The translations under genes were made by a program, and so were the position numbers. Under the pieces are notes generated by a model that searched no databases, had not been told where the DNA came from, and saw only the letters and a list, made by a program, of their open reading frames with translations. 64,000 bases of DNA from an uncultured Dialister sp. (GTDB lineage Bacteria > Bacillota > Negativicutes > Veillonellales > Dialisteraceae), in contig UQYL01000003.1 of NCBI GenBank assembly GCA_900545365.1, positions 41,829 to 105,828 of the forward strand, read 5' to 3'. Below, piece after piece: positions 27,730 through 37,475 of this stretch. Numbering within the stretch: position 1 is the first letter of the stretch; each line of letters starts with the position of its first letter.

Positions 27730-28779
27730 ATGAAAACAGAAATCATTTCCGATGACAGGGCGGATTTTAAAGAAAAAGTAAAAAAACTGGGACAGATCAT
27801 CCGGGACGGCGGGCTGGTGGCGTTTCCTACGGAGACCGTCTACGGTCTCGGCGGCAATGCGCTTGACAGTGAAGCGGCCAAAAAGATCTATGCGGCAAAA
27901 GGAAGGCCGTCTGATAATCCGCTGATTGTCCATGTGCTGGACATCGCGCAGGCGGAAGCGCTGGCAGAGGAGATCACGCCGCTGGAACGGAAGCTCATGA
28001 AAGCATTCTGGCCGGGGCCGCTGACCATTGTCCTGCCTAAAAAATCAGTCATACCGGCAGAGACGTCGGGCGGTCTGGATACAGTAGCGCTTCGGTGTCC
28101 GGTCCATCCTGCCGTGAGAGCGCTGATCCGGGAAGCGGGCGTTCCCATTGCGGGGCCGAGTGCGAATCTTTCCGGGAAGCCCAGTCCTACGTCGGCAGAT
28201 GACGTATACAGAGATCTTCATGGACGGATCGAGGCGATCATTGACGGAGGCCCCTGCCGCATCGGCGTGGAGTCGACGATCGTCGCCTGCGAAGGGGAAA
28301 AGATCATCATTTACAGGCCGGGCGGTCTGCCGAAGGAAGTTCTTGAAACGTATGCGCCCGTGGAGATTGACCGGGGGCTGCTGCCGGACGCACATCCCAA
28401 GGCACCGGGCATGAAGTACAGACATTATGCGCCGGCGGCTCCGATGGTTGTCTATACGGGCGATACGGAGACGGCGGAGGAAGCGATTTTGTCTTTTGCG
28501 GATAAAAAGGACAAAACCTATGGCTTTTTTGTCAGCGAGGAAACGGCGGAGAGACTTCCGGAAGAAGCGGTGGTTTTCATTTGGGGGAAACGGGGAGATC
28601 AGCAGGAAATGGCGCGGCGTCTTTTTGAAGGACTGCATTATTTCAACGATCATCCCGTTGACCAGATCATTGGGGAAGGCACGGAGGATTCTGGATTGGG
28701 ATTGGCCGTCATGAACCGCTTGACGAAGGCATCAGGATATCATATCATTGTAGAAAATCATAAAAAGTATGCAAAATAA
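27730..28779 (+). CDS. tsaC: L-threonylcarbamoyladenylate synthase (Sua5/YwlC type)
   Basis: YrdC domain (VAFPTETVYGLGGNA, GRPSDNPLIVH) plus a Sua5 C-terminal domain. Confidence 0.9.
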   Translation: MKTEIISDDRADFKEKVKKLGQIIRDGGLVAFPTETVYGLGGNALDSEAAKKIYAAKGRPSDNPLIVHVLDIAQAEALAEEITPLERKLMKAFWPGPLTIVLPKKSVIPAETSGGLDTVALRCPVHPAVRALIREAGVPIAGPSANLSGKPSPTSADDVYRDLHGRIEAIIDGGPCRIGVESTIVACEGEKIIIYRPGGLPKEVLETYAPVEIDRGLLPDAHPKAPGMKYRHYAPAAPMVVYTGDTETAEEAILSFADKKDKTYGFFVSEETAERLPEEAVVFIWGKRGDQQEMARRLFEGLHYFNDHPVDQIIGEGTEDSGLGLAVMNRLTKASGYHIIVENHKKYAK

Positions 28780-28815
28780 CTGATAAGTATACTTTTATTC
28801 GGAGAGAAGGGGACA

Positions 28816-29271
28816 ATGATGAAGATAGCCATTGCCAGCGATCATGGGGGATACGCGCTGAAAGAAGCTCTGAAAAAGCATTTGGAAGAGAGACAGACAG
28901 AATACCTGGACTGCGGAACAGACAGTACGGCATCGTGTGATTATCCTGATTTCGCTGAAAAAGCGTGCCGTCTGGTGCAGAACGGTGAAGCCGACAGGGC
29001 TGTCCTGATCTGCGGCACAGGCATCGGCATGTGCATCTCGGCCAATAAAATGACCGGGATCCGCGCGGCGCTCTGCGGAGAAACGTATTCTGCCCGGTTT
29101 ACAAGAGCTCATAACGATGCCAATGTGCTCTGTATGGGTGCCAGAGTGACCGGCGAAGGACTGGCGGAAATGATTCTGGATGAATTCCTCGATACGGAAT
29201 TTGAAGGCGGGAGGCATCAGCGCCGTATTGATAAGATCGCGGAGATTGAAAGGAAAGAGCATCATGTATGA
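28816..29271 (+). CDS. rpiB: Ribose-5-phosphate isomerase B
   Basis: MKIAIASDHGG and ICGTGIGMCISANK are RpiB/LacAB family motifs. Confidence 0.93.
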   Translation: MMKIAIASDHGGYALKEALKKHLEERQTEYLDCGTDSTASCDYPDFAEKACRLVQNGEADRAVLICGTGIGMCISANKMTGIRAALCGETYSARFTRAHNDANVLCMGARVTGEGLAEMILDEFLDTEFEGGRHQRRIDKIAEIERKEHHV

Positions 29272-29809
29272 AGAGCTGAAGCAGGAAGCGGAAGCGGCTT
29301 TTCGGGAACTGATTGAGCTGTCACACTTCAGAAAAGGCGATCTGATCGTTATCGGCGGTTCATCCAGCGAGATCCGCGGGGGCCGCATCGGGAAAGACAG
29401 CTCCTATGAAGTGGGCGCCACTGTGGTGGATTCTCTGATGCGGACAGCTGAAGAAAACGGTCTGTGTCTCGCTTTTCAGTGCTGCGAACATCTGAACAGG
29501 GCGCTCGTCGTGGAGAGAGAGACGGCAGAGCGTTTCGGACTGGAAGAGGTAACGGTCGTTCCGTGGCTCCATGCCGGCGGGGCTTTCGCAACCAGCGCCT
29601 ATGAACGGTTCAAAGAACCGGTGGTCGTGGAAACTGTCCGTGCGCACGGCGGTTTGGATATCGGGCTGACGATGATCGGCATGCATCTTCGCAGAGTGGC
29701 GGTCCCGGTACGTCTGACACATAATCGCATCGGGAATGCGCTCGTCTGCGGAGCCAGGACGAGACCGCCGCTGATCGGCGGGGAACGGGCCCGTTATACA
29801 AGGGAATAA
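29264..29809 (+). CDS. TIGR01440/UPF0340 (YwlG-like) protein
   Basis: 181 aa. ATG overlaps the rpiB stop. Same position as B. subtilis ywlG, between rpiB and glyA. Confidence 0.7.
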   Translation: MYEELKQEAEAAFRELIELSHFRKGDLIVIGGSSSEIRGGRIGKDSSYEVGATVVDSLMRTAEENGLCLAFQCCEHLNRALVVERETAERFGLEEVTVVPWLHAGGAFATSAYERFKEPVVVETVRAHGGLDIGLTMIGMHLRRVAVPVRLTHNRIGNALVCGARTRPPLIGGERARYTRE

Positions 29810-29859
29810 GTCAGAATGGATGAGGGAATTTTCCCATTTTGCACAAGGAGAGCAAGACC

Positions 29860-31098
29860 ATGAAACATTTAAGAGACGACAAGGAAGTATACAGCGCGGT
29901 ACAGGAAGAACTGGGGCGCCAGAGAGAAAAACTTGAGATGATCGCTTCGGAGAATATCGTGAGTTATGCGGTCATGGAGGCGCAGGGTAGCGTTCTGACC
30001 AATAAATATGCGGAAGGGTATCCGGGGAAAAGATATTACGGCGGCTGCGAATATGTGGACAAAGTGGAACAGCTCGCCATTGACCGGGCAAAAGAACTGT
30101 TCGGCGCGGATCATGTCAATGTGCAGCCTCATTCCGGTTCTCAGGCAAATTTTGCCGTCTATTACGGACTTCTCAAGCCGGGCGATACGATCATGGGGAT
30201 GAATCTGACTGACGGCGGCCACCTGACGCATGGCAGCCCGGTGAATATTTCCGGCAATTATTTCCATGTCGTTCCTTACGGTGTCCGCAGAGAAGATGAA
30301 CTGCTGGATTATGACGCCATGGAAAAGACGGCGAAAGAAGTGCGGCCGAAACTGATCATCGCAGGGACGAGCGCCTATTCCCGCATTATTGATTTTGAAC
30401 GGATTGCGGCCATCGCAAAAGAAGTGGGGGCGCTCTTTATGGTCGACATGGCGCACTTTGCCGGCCTTGTAGCGGGCGGAGAATATCCGAGCCCGGTTCC
30501 GCATGCGGATATCGTGACGACCACGACGCACAAGACGCTCCGCGGTCCGAGAGGCGGCATCATTATGTGCAGGGAAGAATTTGCAAAAGCGATTGACAAA
30601 GCGGTATTCCCGGGCATGCAGGGCGGGCCTCTGATGCATGTGATCGCCGCCAAAGCGGTGGCTTTTGGTGAAGATCTGGAAGATTCTTTCAAAGAATACG
30701 CAAAGCAGATCAAGAAAAATGAGAAAGTGCTTTCCGACGAGCTGCAGAAGAACGGCATTCGCGTAGTGTCCGGCGGCACGGATACCCATGTGCTTCTCGC
30801 TGACATGACGGATATCGGCATCAACGGCAAGATCGCGCAGAATGTGCTGGATGAAGTCGGCATTACGTGCAACAAGAATACGATCCCCTTTGAAAAGCTT
30901 TCTCCTTTTGTTACGAGCGGTATCCGTCTTGGTTCTCCCGCGCTGACCACGAGAGGTCTGGTGGAAGAGGATTTCCGGGAAGTCGCCGATATTATCTGCG
31001 CGGTGCTGAAAGCGCCGGAAGATGAGGCAGTCAAAGAGAATGCCAAAGCGCGTGTGCAGGTGATCTGCAAAAAATATCCGCTGTACGAAGAATATTGA
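29860..31098 (+). CDS. glyA: Serine hydroxymethyltransferase
   Basis: PLP-lysine motif [17 protein letters not shown] 29860 follows AAGGAGAG. Confidence 0.97.
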   Translation: MKHLRDDKEVYSAVQEELGRQREKLEMIASENIVSYAVMEAQGSVLTNKYAEGYPGKRYYGGCEYVDKVEQLAIDRAKELFGADHVNVQPHSGSQANFAVYYGLLKPGDTIMGMNLTDGGHLTHGSPVNISGNYFHVVPYGVRREDELLDYDAMEKTAKEVRPKLIIAGTSAYSRIIDFERIAAIAKEVGALFMVDMAHFAGLVAGGEYPSPVPHADIVTTTTHKTLRGPRGGIIMCREEFAKAIDKAVFPGMQGGPLMHVIAAKAVAFGEDLEDSFKEYAKQIKKNEKVLSDELQKNGIRVVSGGTDTHVLLADMTDIGINGKIAQNVLDEVGITCNKNTIPFEKLSPFVTSGIRLGSPALTTRGLVEEDFREVADIICAVLKAPEDEAVKENAKARVQVICKKYPLYEEY

Positions 31099-31116
31099 TC
31101 CGGAAGCGGGTACAGG

Positions 31117-31146
31117 AATCTCTCCCATTGCGGGAGAGATTTTTTG
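31117..31146 (+). terminator. Rho-independent terminator of glyA
   Basis: ATCTCTCCC (31118-31126) / GGGAGAGAT (31132-31140), followed by TTTTT. Confidence 0.85.
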
Positions 31147-31156
31147 CTGCGGAAAT

Positions 31157-31362
31157 TTGATTATATTTATTTCTTATGATATGATAAGCACAGAGGGATA
31201 AGGAATAATTATCTGTCCATAAATAAATGATTGGGAATATTTTTGGGAAGGTAATGGTCTTATCACTGGAAGCAGGCAAGTTTTGGATGTATCTGTAACC
31301 CTCCTCGGTTGTTCCCGCGTTTCGCAGGCAAAAAGCTCCTTTTAAGAAAAGGAGCTTTTTTG
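31157..31362 (+). ncRNA. Candidate orphan transcription unit (possible small RNA); function unknown
   Basis: TTGATT (31157-31162), 17 nt, TATGAT (31180-31185). Followed about 140 nt later by a strong terminator, AAAAGCTCC / GGAGCTTTTTT (31331-31361). No SD-preceded ORF in between. Confidence 0.25.
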
Positions 31363-31501
31363 TTTGCTTTGTGAAATGAATAAAATGCATAAATTTTCAT
31401 TGCAAAAACCGGAGGGGGAATGTTTTGACACGGAAGAAGAAAGAAGAAAGAGAAAATCCCCGCAAACAGGAAGAAAAGCAAAAAGCCGTGGGTGCTTTTC
31501 G

Positions 31502-31530
31502 TTGACACAGATGAATAAATATGCTAATAT
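31502..31530 (+). promoter_or_regulatory. SigA-type promoter of the amino-acid ABC transporter operon
   Basis: TTGACA (31502-31507), 17-nt spacer, TAATAT (31525-31530). Confidence 0.6.
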
Positions 31531-31559
31531 GCGGTATGCATTATTAGGAGAGGATAACA

Positions 31560-32312
31560 ATGAGCGAGAAACAGAACATTATTTACGACATCAGGCACAT
31601 CAAGAAAAATTTTGGAAAACTTGAAGTATTGAAAGATATCAGCATGCAGATTCGGAATGGAGAGGTGCTTACGATCATCGGACCGTCCGGCTCAGGTAAG
31701 AGCACATTTCTCCGGTGCCTGAATCTTCTGGAGACGCCAACGGGAGGCGAGCTGTGGTTTGAGGGGAAGAAGATCGATTCCGGCACGGATATCAAGATGC
31801 TCCGCAGAGAAGTAGGCATGGTCTTCCAGCAGTTCAATCTGTTTCCCATGTTCACCGTTCTGAAGAACGTCATGTACGCGCCGATCCATATCAGAAAGAC
31901 CCCGGAAAAAGAAGCGAAAGAGCAGGCTATGGAGCTGCTTTCCCGCGTAGGGATGGCGGATCACGCGGATTTTTATCCGGAACAGCTGTCCGGCGGACAG
32001 CAGCAGCGTGTGGCGATTGCCCGCGCGCTGGCCATGAAGCCGAAGATGCTGCTTTTCGATGAACCGACTTCCGCACTGGATCCGGAATTGGTCGGGGACG
32101 TACTGGAAGTCATGAAAAACGTGGCAATAAATGGGATGACGATGGCGGTGGTGACGCACGAGATGCAGTTCGCCCGGTCTGTATCGAACCGTGTCGTCTT
32201 TATGGATAAGGGCTATATTGTGGAAGAAGGCGATCCGGAGGATATTTTCACACATCCGAAGGAAGAACGCACTCAGACATTTCTGAAGCGCCTGCTCCAT
32301 GCGGATATTTAA
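31560..32312 (+). CDS. Polar amino-acid ABC transporter ATP-binding protein
   Basis: Walker [10 protein letters not shown], signature [15 protein letters not shown], Walker [12 protein letters not shown]. GlnQ/ArtP-like. Confidence 0.93.
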   Translation: MSEKQNIIYDIRHIKKNFGKLEVLKDISMQIRNGEVLTIIGPSGSGKSTFLRCLNLLETPTGGELWFEGKKIDSGTDIKMLRREVGMVFQQFNLFPMFTVLKNVMYAPIHIRKTPEKEAKEQAMELLSRVGMADHADFYPEQLSGGQQQRVAIARALAMKPKMLLFDEPTSALDPELVGDVLEVMKNVAINGMTMAVVTHEMQFARSVSNRVVFMDKGYIVEEGDPEDIFTHPKEERTQTFLKRLLHADI

Positions 32313-32328
32313 GGAGATGTAGAACGAA

Positions 32329-33021
32329 ATGGATTTGGTTATCGATACAGCCGTCAAATATAATGACATATTCATGTCCGGGATCAAAGTGACGATCCTG
32401 ATTTCTCTGATGTCCTGCTTCTTCGGCCTGTTGCTGGGCATTATCCTTGCGTTTATGAAAATTTCCGGGATCAAGGTCCTGCAGGCCATTGCCACCGTTT
32501 ACGTGGAAGTGATCCGGGGCACGCCGATTCTGGTTCAGATCTCGCTCGTATTTTTCGGTCTGCCGTTCCTGGGCATTCATTTTCCGAGCTTCCAGTTCAT
32601 GGGCGTCGATTTTGAACGTCTCTCTGCCGGCATACTGGCGTTGATTATCAATTCCGGCGCGTACGAATGTGAGATCGTGCGTTCCGGCATTCAGTCCATC
32701 GGGAAAGGGCAGTTAGAAGGCGCCATGTCCCTGGGCTTTTCCAAATGGGAATCCATGGTGCGCATCATCATTCCGCAGGCGATCAAAAACATTCTGCCTG
32801 TCATCGGCAATGAATTTGTAACGCTCATCAAGGAATCTTCCCAGGTATCGGTCATCGGCATGGCTGATCTCATGTACACGGCGACGACAATTCAGGGGAT
32901 CAGCTTCCAGCCGTTCCCGCCGCTTGTCATCGTCGCGGTATATTACTTTATCCTGACGTTTGCTGTATCGAACATCCTGCGCGCGCTGGAATGGAAGTTC
33001 AAAATCAAAGCCGTTCGGTAA
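32329..33021 (+). CDS. Amino-acid ABC transporter permease (His/Glu/Gln/Arg family)
   Basis: 230 aa, 5-TM-type profile with the conserved loop GAYECEIVRSGIQSIGKGQLEGAMSLG. Confidence 0.9.
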   Translation: MDLVIDTAVKYNDIFMSGIKVTILISLMSCFFGLLLGIILAFMKISGIKVLQAIATVYVEVIRGTPILVQISLVFFGLPFLGIHFPSFQFMGVDFERLSAGILALIINSGAYECEIVRSGIQSIGKGQLEGAMSLGFSKWESMVRIIIPQAIKNILPVIGNEFVTLIKESSQVSVIGMADLMYTATTIQGISFQPFPPLVIVAVYYFILTFAVSNILRALEWKFKIKAVR

Positions 33022-33051
33022 TTGATTGCTATTAATGGAGGAAGAATAAAA

Positions 33052-33891
33052 ATGAATCAGATGGTAAAAGCAGCAGTGATCGGAATTATGGCGGCGGGGG
33101 TGCTTGGGCTGGCCGGCTGCGGCGGGGATAAGGCGGACAGCCAGTCCGGTTCCGCGGCGAAAGGGGATCTTCTCCAGAAAGTCAAAGAAAGAGGCACGCT
33201 GATTGTGGGGACGTCTTCGGGATTCCCGCCTTATGAATTTATCGATACGTCGAAGAAGGAAAAAACGGTGGTCGGCATCGATATCGCGTTGGCCCAGAAG
33301 ATTGCCGACAAGATCGGCGTCAAACTGGAAGTGCAGGATATGAGTTTCTCCGCGCTGCTGTCTTCTATCGCGGCAAATAAGATCGATATTGCGATATCCG
33401 GCATCAATGCTTCGGAAGAACGGAAAAAGGCCGTGGATTTCTCCGAGTCCTACATGCACAGTCCGCATATCCTGCTGATCCGTAAAGAAGATGCGGGAAA
33501 GTACAAAACGCTGGAAGATTTCCGGGGCGCTACCATAGGCGCGCAGAAATCCACGCTTCAGGAAAAACTGGCGCGTGAACAGGTGCCGGACGCAAAGGTC
33601 GTAGCGCTTGACCGGATTCCTGATACGCTGATCGAGTTGGAACACGGGAAGCTGGATGCGGTGGCTTCTCAGGGTGTCGTAGCGCAGCAGTACCTCATCA
33701 TGAATCCGGCGCTGGCCGATTCGGGCGTCAAATTTGAAAATGTGCGCAGCTCTTCCTGCGTGGCGATCCCGAAGGGCAACGAAGATTTCGTGAAACTCGT
33801 CAATGAAGTGATTGCTGAAAACGAAGAAAATATCCAGAACTGGGTTCAGGAATACAGCGAGCTTGCTGTAAAGAATGCCCAGAGCAAGTAA
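33052..33891 (+). CDS. Amino-acid ABC transporter substrate-binding lipoprotein
   Basis: Lipobox LAGC. SBP_bac_3-like (LIVGTSSGFPPYEF). ATG 33052 follows GGAGGA. Confidence 0.9.
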   Translation: MNQMVKAAVIGIMAAGVLGLAGCGGDKADSQSGSAAKGDLLQKVKERGTLIVGTSSGFPPYEFIDTSKKEKTVVGIDIALAQKIADKIGVKLEVQDMSFSALLSSIAANKIDIAISGINASEERKKAVDFSESYMHSPHILLIRKEDAGKYKTLEDFRGATIGAQKSTLQEKLAREQVPDAKVVALDRIPDTLIELEHGKLDAVASQGVVAQQYLIMNPALADSGVKFENVRSSSCVAIPKGNEDFVKLVNEVIAENEENIQNWVQEYSELAVKNAQSK

Positions 33892-33904
33892 AATTTGCGG
33901 AAAG

Positions 33905-33936
33905 ATCCGCCGCTCCCGAGAGAACGGCGGATTTTG
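33905..33936 (+). terminator. Rho-independent terminator
   Basis: ATCCGCCG (33905-33912) / CGGCGGAT (33925-33932), followed by TTT. Confidence 0.75.
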
Positions 33937-34022
33937 CTTATCGACAAAAAACGATTTACTTTGAATGTGGTTAATGATATACTGCAAATATTATTACGAT
34001 ACAACCGGAGAGGAGTAGAAAG

Positions 34023-35300
34023 ATGTCTGAAAAAAGATTACCTTGCAGCGATGAAAAGATCCGTGAACTGGCGTCGGTATACGGCACGCCGTTTCATGTC
34101 TATGATGAGAAAGGGATCGTGGACTGCGTAAAACGGCTGCAGAAAGCGTTTTCCTGGAATCCGAATTTCTTTGAGTATTTCGCGGTAAAGGCGACGCCCA
34201 ATCCGTGGATCATGAAGCTGCTGAAAGACAAAACCGGTGTCGGCGCGGACTGCAGCTCTATGGCAGAGCTCGTTCTCTCCGAAACGGTGGGCCTCCGCGG
34301 GGATAATATCGTTTTCTCTTCCAACGACACGGACGACAGGGAATTTATTAAGGCGGCTGAGCTCGGGGCCATCATCAATCTGGATGATGTATCCAATCTG
34401 GATGATCTGGAGCGGCTCGGCATCGTGCCGGAGAAGATCTGCTTCCGCTATAATCCGGGGCCGGAACTGACGAGAGGAAATGCGATCATCGGCAAACCGG
34501 AAGAAGCCAAGTACGGCATGACCTATGATCAGCTGATGACCTGCGTGGCCTGGGCAAAAGAAAAGGGCATTTCCTATATCGGTATCCACACGATGGTCAT
34601 TTCCTGCGAGCTTTCTCTGGCCGGCCTGCTCGGTACGATCAGCATGATGTTCGATCTGGCCAATGATATTCGAGAAAAGCAGGGCGTTACGGTAAGCTTT
34701 ATCGACTTCGGCGGCGGCATCGGCATTCCTTACCGCCCGGAAGAAGAGGAAGTTGATATTGAGGCGCTGGGCGAAGGAGCAAAGGCGCTGTTCGCGCAGA
34801 AAATGAAAGGCTTTGAAAATACCCGCATTTCTTTTGAATGCGGCCGCATGATCACCGGTCCTTACGGTTACCTTGTGACGAAAGCGATTCACTATAAGAA
34901 TATTTACAGAAAATATATCGGCGTTGATGCCTGCATGGCAGATCTTATGCGCCCTGCGCTGTACGGTTCCTATCATCACATCACCGTGGTGGGGAAAGAA
35001 GACGCGCCGCTGACAGAAGTGTATGATGTGACGGGTTCCCTTTGCGAGAATAATGATAAATTCGCGGTTCAGCGGAGACTGCCGAAGATCGACACGGGAG
35101 ATCTGATCGTATTCCACGATACCGGCGCACACGGCCACAGCATGGGGTTCAATTACAATGGCAAGCTCCGCCACCAGGAATTGCTTCTGCATGAAGACGG
35201 AAGCGTTGATGTCATCCGGCGGAATGAAACGCTGAGCGACCTTTTCGCTACGCTTGATTTTCCCGGGCTGAAAGAAAACGCTGAAAAACTGAACAAGTGA
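34023..35300 (+). CDS. lysA: Diaminopimelate decarboxylase-family PLP enzyme
   Basis: Orn/DAP/Arg decarboxylase fold. PLP-lysine context YFAVKATPNP. 425 aa. Substrate not proven. Confidence 0.75.
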   Translation: MSEKRLPCSDEKIRELASVYGTPFHVYDEKGIVDCVKRLQKAFSWNPNFFEYFAVKATPNPWIMKLLKDKTGVGADCSSMAELVLSETVGLRGDNIVFSSNDTDDREFIKAAELGAIINLDDVSNLDDLERLGIVPEKICFRYNPGPELTRGNAIIGKPEEAKYGMTYDQLMTCVAWAKEKGISYIGIHTMVISCELSLAGLLGTISMMFDLANDIREKQGVTVSFIDFGGGIGIPYRPEEEEVDIEALGEGAKALFAQKMKGFENTRISFECGRMITGPYGYLVTKAIHYKNIYRKYIGVDACMADLMRPALYGSYHHITVVGKEDAPLTEVYDVTGSLCENNDKFAVQRRLPKIDTGDLIVFHDTGAHGHSMGFNYNGKLRHQELLLHEDGSVDVIRRNETLSDLFATLDFPGLKENAEKLNK

Positions 35301-35306
35301 CGGGCG

Positions 35307-35339
35307 AAAACGGATGGCGGCAGGAGCTGTCCGTTTTTT
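35307..35339 (+). terminator. Rho-independent terminator
   Basis: AAAACGGA (35307-35314) / TCCGTTTT (35330-35337) plus further T residues. Confidence 0.75.
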
Positions 35340-35389
35340 GGCGCGTTCAGAATCTGGTATAATACAGGCACGGAAAGGAGATCCGGCAA

Positions 35390-35887
35390 ATGCGCAGAAT
35401 TTTATCTTTGGCAGCCGCCGCGGCGATCCTGTGCGCGGGGACGGCCGGCGCGTATAAGGAAGAGCCGCAGTCTTTCGGCGATATGCACTGGGGCGATTCC
35501 GTGAAAAAAGTAAGGGAACGGTATGCCGTTCAGTATCTGGAAGAGACGCGCGGCGGCGGCGCGCTGTACGCGGTGAATTTTTCCGATTTCAGAGAGATCC
35601 TGGGCATCCGCGGGCCGATTACGGTGATGGGCGCTTTTGACAGCAGGGGAAAGCTGACGCAGATCAATGTGCCGCTGCGGATGGAAGGCAGGGAAGCGGC
35701 GGACCGCGCTTTCGCTGACTATACAAAAATGTTGGAAGAACGGTGCGGCGCTCCCTCGGAAAGGACGAAACAGTCGGCTTTGTGGACGGGAAAGAAGACC
35801 AATATTTTTGTGGAAAGCAGCGATGAGGGCATTCTGGTGTGCTTCATTGACGCGGGCAGTATGAAGAAGCAGATGGCAGGGAAATAA
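35390..35887 (+). CDS. Secreted hypothetical protein
   Basis: Signal peptide MRRILSLAAAAAILCAGTAGA. No family recognised. Confidence 0.5.
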   Translation: MRRILSLAAAAAILCAGTAGAYKEEPQSFGDMHWGDSVKKVRERYAVQYLEETRGGGALYAVNFSDFREILGIRGPITVMGAFDSRGKLTQINVPLRMEGREAADRAFADYTKMLEERCGAPSERTKQSALWTGKKTNIFVESSDEGILVCFIDAGSMKKQMAGK

Positions 35888-36396
35888 TGGACAGAAAGAA
35901 AATCTATAAAATCACGGCAGTATGTCTGATCTTGACAGCTATGGCGGCGCCGTGCCTGGCAAAGGGCGGCCGGGGCGGCGGTTCTTTCGGCGGGCGTCCG
36001 TCTTTTTCCCGCCAGGCAGTGTCCCGCCCTGCGCAGCAGGCTCCTCGGCCGCAGCAGAATCGGACGGCGGAAGCGCCTGAGCGGACGGAGACAAAACGGG
36101 ATATCGATCAGGGGATCGATCCGAAGGATTACGGGAAACGAAATACGGGGAACACGGCTGCCGGAACGGGAACGGCGCAGAACCGCGGCGCGGTAAAGAA
36201 TAATTTCAGCGGCGGCACGGGCGGCTTTTTCAGCGGCTTTTCGCTGTGGCCGTGGCTTTGGTTCAGCGGTCACAGCACAGCTGCCGCTTCCGACGGCGAC
36301 AAGGCGGAAGCGGAGGAAACGGAAAGTTTTTCCGCCATGCTCGGCCGCTGGTATGACAGCGTCATTTCTTTTTTTAAAACGCTCCTGGGATTCTGA
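35887..36396 (+). CDS. Hypothetical Gly/Arg/Pro-rich exported or membrane protein
   Basis: ATG overlaps the upstream stop (TAATG). N-terminal signal/anchor, a low-complexity GGRGGGSFGGRP region, and a hydrophobic FFSGFSLWPWLWF segment. Confidence 0.45.
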   Translation: MDRKKIYKITAVCLILTAMAAPCLAKGGRGGGSFGGRPSFSRQAVSRPAQQAPRPQQNRTAEAPERTETKRDIDQGIDPKDYGKRNTGNTAAGTGTAQNRGAVKNNFSGGTGGFFSGFSLWPWLWFSGHSTAAASDGDKAEAEETESFSAMLGRWYDSVISFFKTLLGF

Positions 36397-36410
36397 GTAG
36401 CAGAGCAAAT

Positions 36411-36451
36411 AAAAAACATCTGGAATTGTAACGGATTCCAGATGTTTTTTT
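36411..36451. terminator. Bidirectional terminator between convergent genes
   Basis: AAAAAACATCTGGAAT (36411-36426) / ATTCCAGATGTTTTTTT (36435-36451). Confidence 0.85.
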
Positions 36452-36461
36452 ATGTCCGCAG

Positions 36462-37475
36462 TCAGATGAGGCGGCTGAAATAAGGGAGCTTTTTCACGAT
36501 GTATGTCATGACGGCGCCAAGAAGGAAGGCCAGAGAGATCCAGATCACCGCATCGATAAAGGGAATTGACGGGAAATGAACAAGAAGCACCCGTGTGAGG
36601 AACCAGTGCGTCAGCGCGCGGGTGATTTCTTCAAAAAGCATGATCCCAAAGGAAAGACCGCCGAAGAGGATCAGTATTTTTTCCGCTTTCGGAGAGATGC
36701 TGTGACGGCGGAACCACCAGCGGCAGAGACAGAAAAGAAACGCCGTGTTCAGGAAAAGGAAGGAGTCGTAGAACCGCTGAGAGATCTGCTCTGTCAGCGC
36801 GCCTGCGGCACAGCCGTGGTACCAGGTCATGAAGGCGGCGATGATGGTGCCGAGCGCCGCCGCCGCGCCGAGGCGAATCAGATTCTTTTTATTGATCCAG
36901 CTTTCGGGAAGCACGTGCTCGATCCAGTAGCCGATGATGAAATAGAAACTGGGTTCGCTGACGGCGAGAAGCGGATTGAGAAATCCGTTCATTTCCGCGC
37001 TGCCCTTGAAAAGGAGAAAGGAAAAAACCGGGACGCATCCCACGAAGAACAGATTCAGCCCGATGAGGTACAGGTAGAGCGGATTGGTCATGCTCCTGAT
37101 CATGGCGCGCCAGAGCGGGAGCATGAGGAGAAACGCCACATAAATGTACAGGAAGTAATAGGCCGTCGCCATATTGGAAGCGTAGGTGAGCGTCAGGAAG
37201 CGGCTGACGCTGAAATGATGTTCAGGAACGGCGTAAAAATAGATATAATTGATCAGTGAAAAGACAAAAATGACTTGGAGAAACCGCCAGATCCTTTTCC
37301 TGAACAGGACCGGAATCGGTTCGTCTTTGCCGAGGAGGAGCGCGCCGGAGATCATAAAGAAGATGGGGACTGCCGTTTTTACCCAGAAGGGAACGATGAG
37401 GTACAGCGGAAACCAGGGAGAGTCCTGCTGCATCAGGTACAGTGAAAATCCCGACGTCGACGAATGCGTGAACAT
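36462..37475 (-). CDS. Acyltransferase family 3 membrane protein (N-terminus uncertain)
   Basis: Polytopic membrane protein. The family's N-terminal signature (EFLRILCIWLVMFTHS) extends upstream of the first ATG (see findings). Confidence 0.7.
   Translation of the reverse strand: MFTHSSTSGFSLYLMQQDSPWFPLYLIVPFWVKTAVPIFFMISGALLLGKDEPIPVLFRKRIWRFLQVIFVFSLINYIYFYAVPEHHFSVSRFLTLTYASNMATAYYFLYIYVAFLLMLPLWRAMIRSMTNPLYLYLIGLNLFFVGCVPVFSFLLFKGSAEMNGFLNPLLAVSEPSFYFIIGYWIEHVLPESWINKKNLIRLGAAAALGTIIAAFMTWYHGCAAGALTEQISQRFYDSFLFLNTAFLFCLCRWWFRRHSISPKAEKILILFGGLSFGIMLFEEITRALTHWFLTRVLLVHFPSIPFIDAVIWISLAFLLGAVMTYIVKKLPYFSRLI

Noticed and set aside
31227-31298. 23-codon ORF inside the candidate sRNA unit
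   Set aside because: There is no Shine-Dalgarno sequence within 20 nt, so it is treated as non-coding unless Ribo-seq shows otherwise.
31364-31624. 86-aa ORF spanning the ABC-transporter promoter and the start of the ATPase gene
   Set aside because: It has no SD, runs through a consensus promoter and overlaps the well-supported ATPase gene out of frame.
33937-34022. Lysine riboswitch upstream of the lysA-like gene
   Set aside because: Only about 85 nt separate the upstream terminator from the start codon. The interval holds just a promoter-like sequence and an SD, with no L-box conserved elements.
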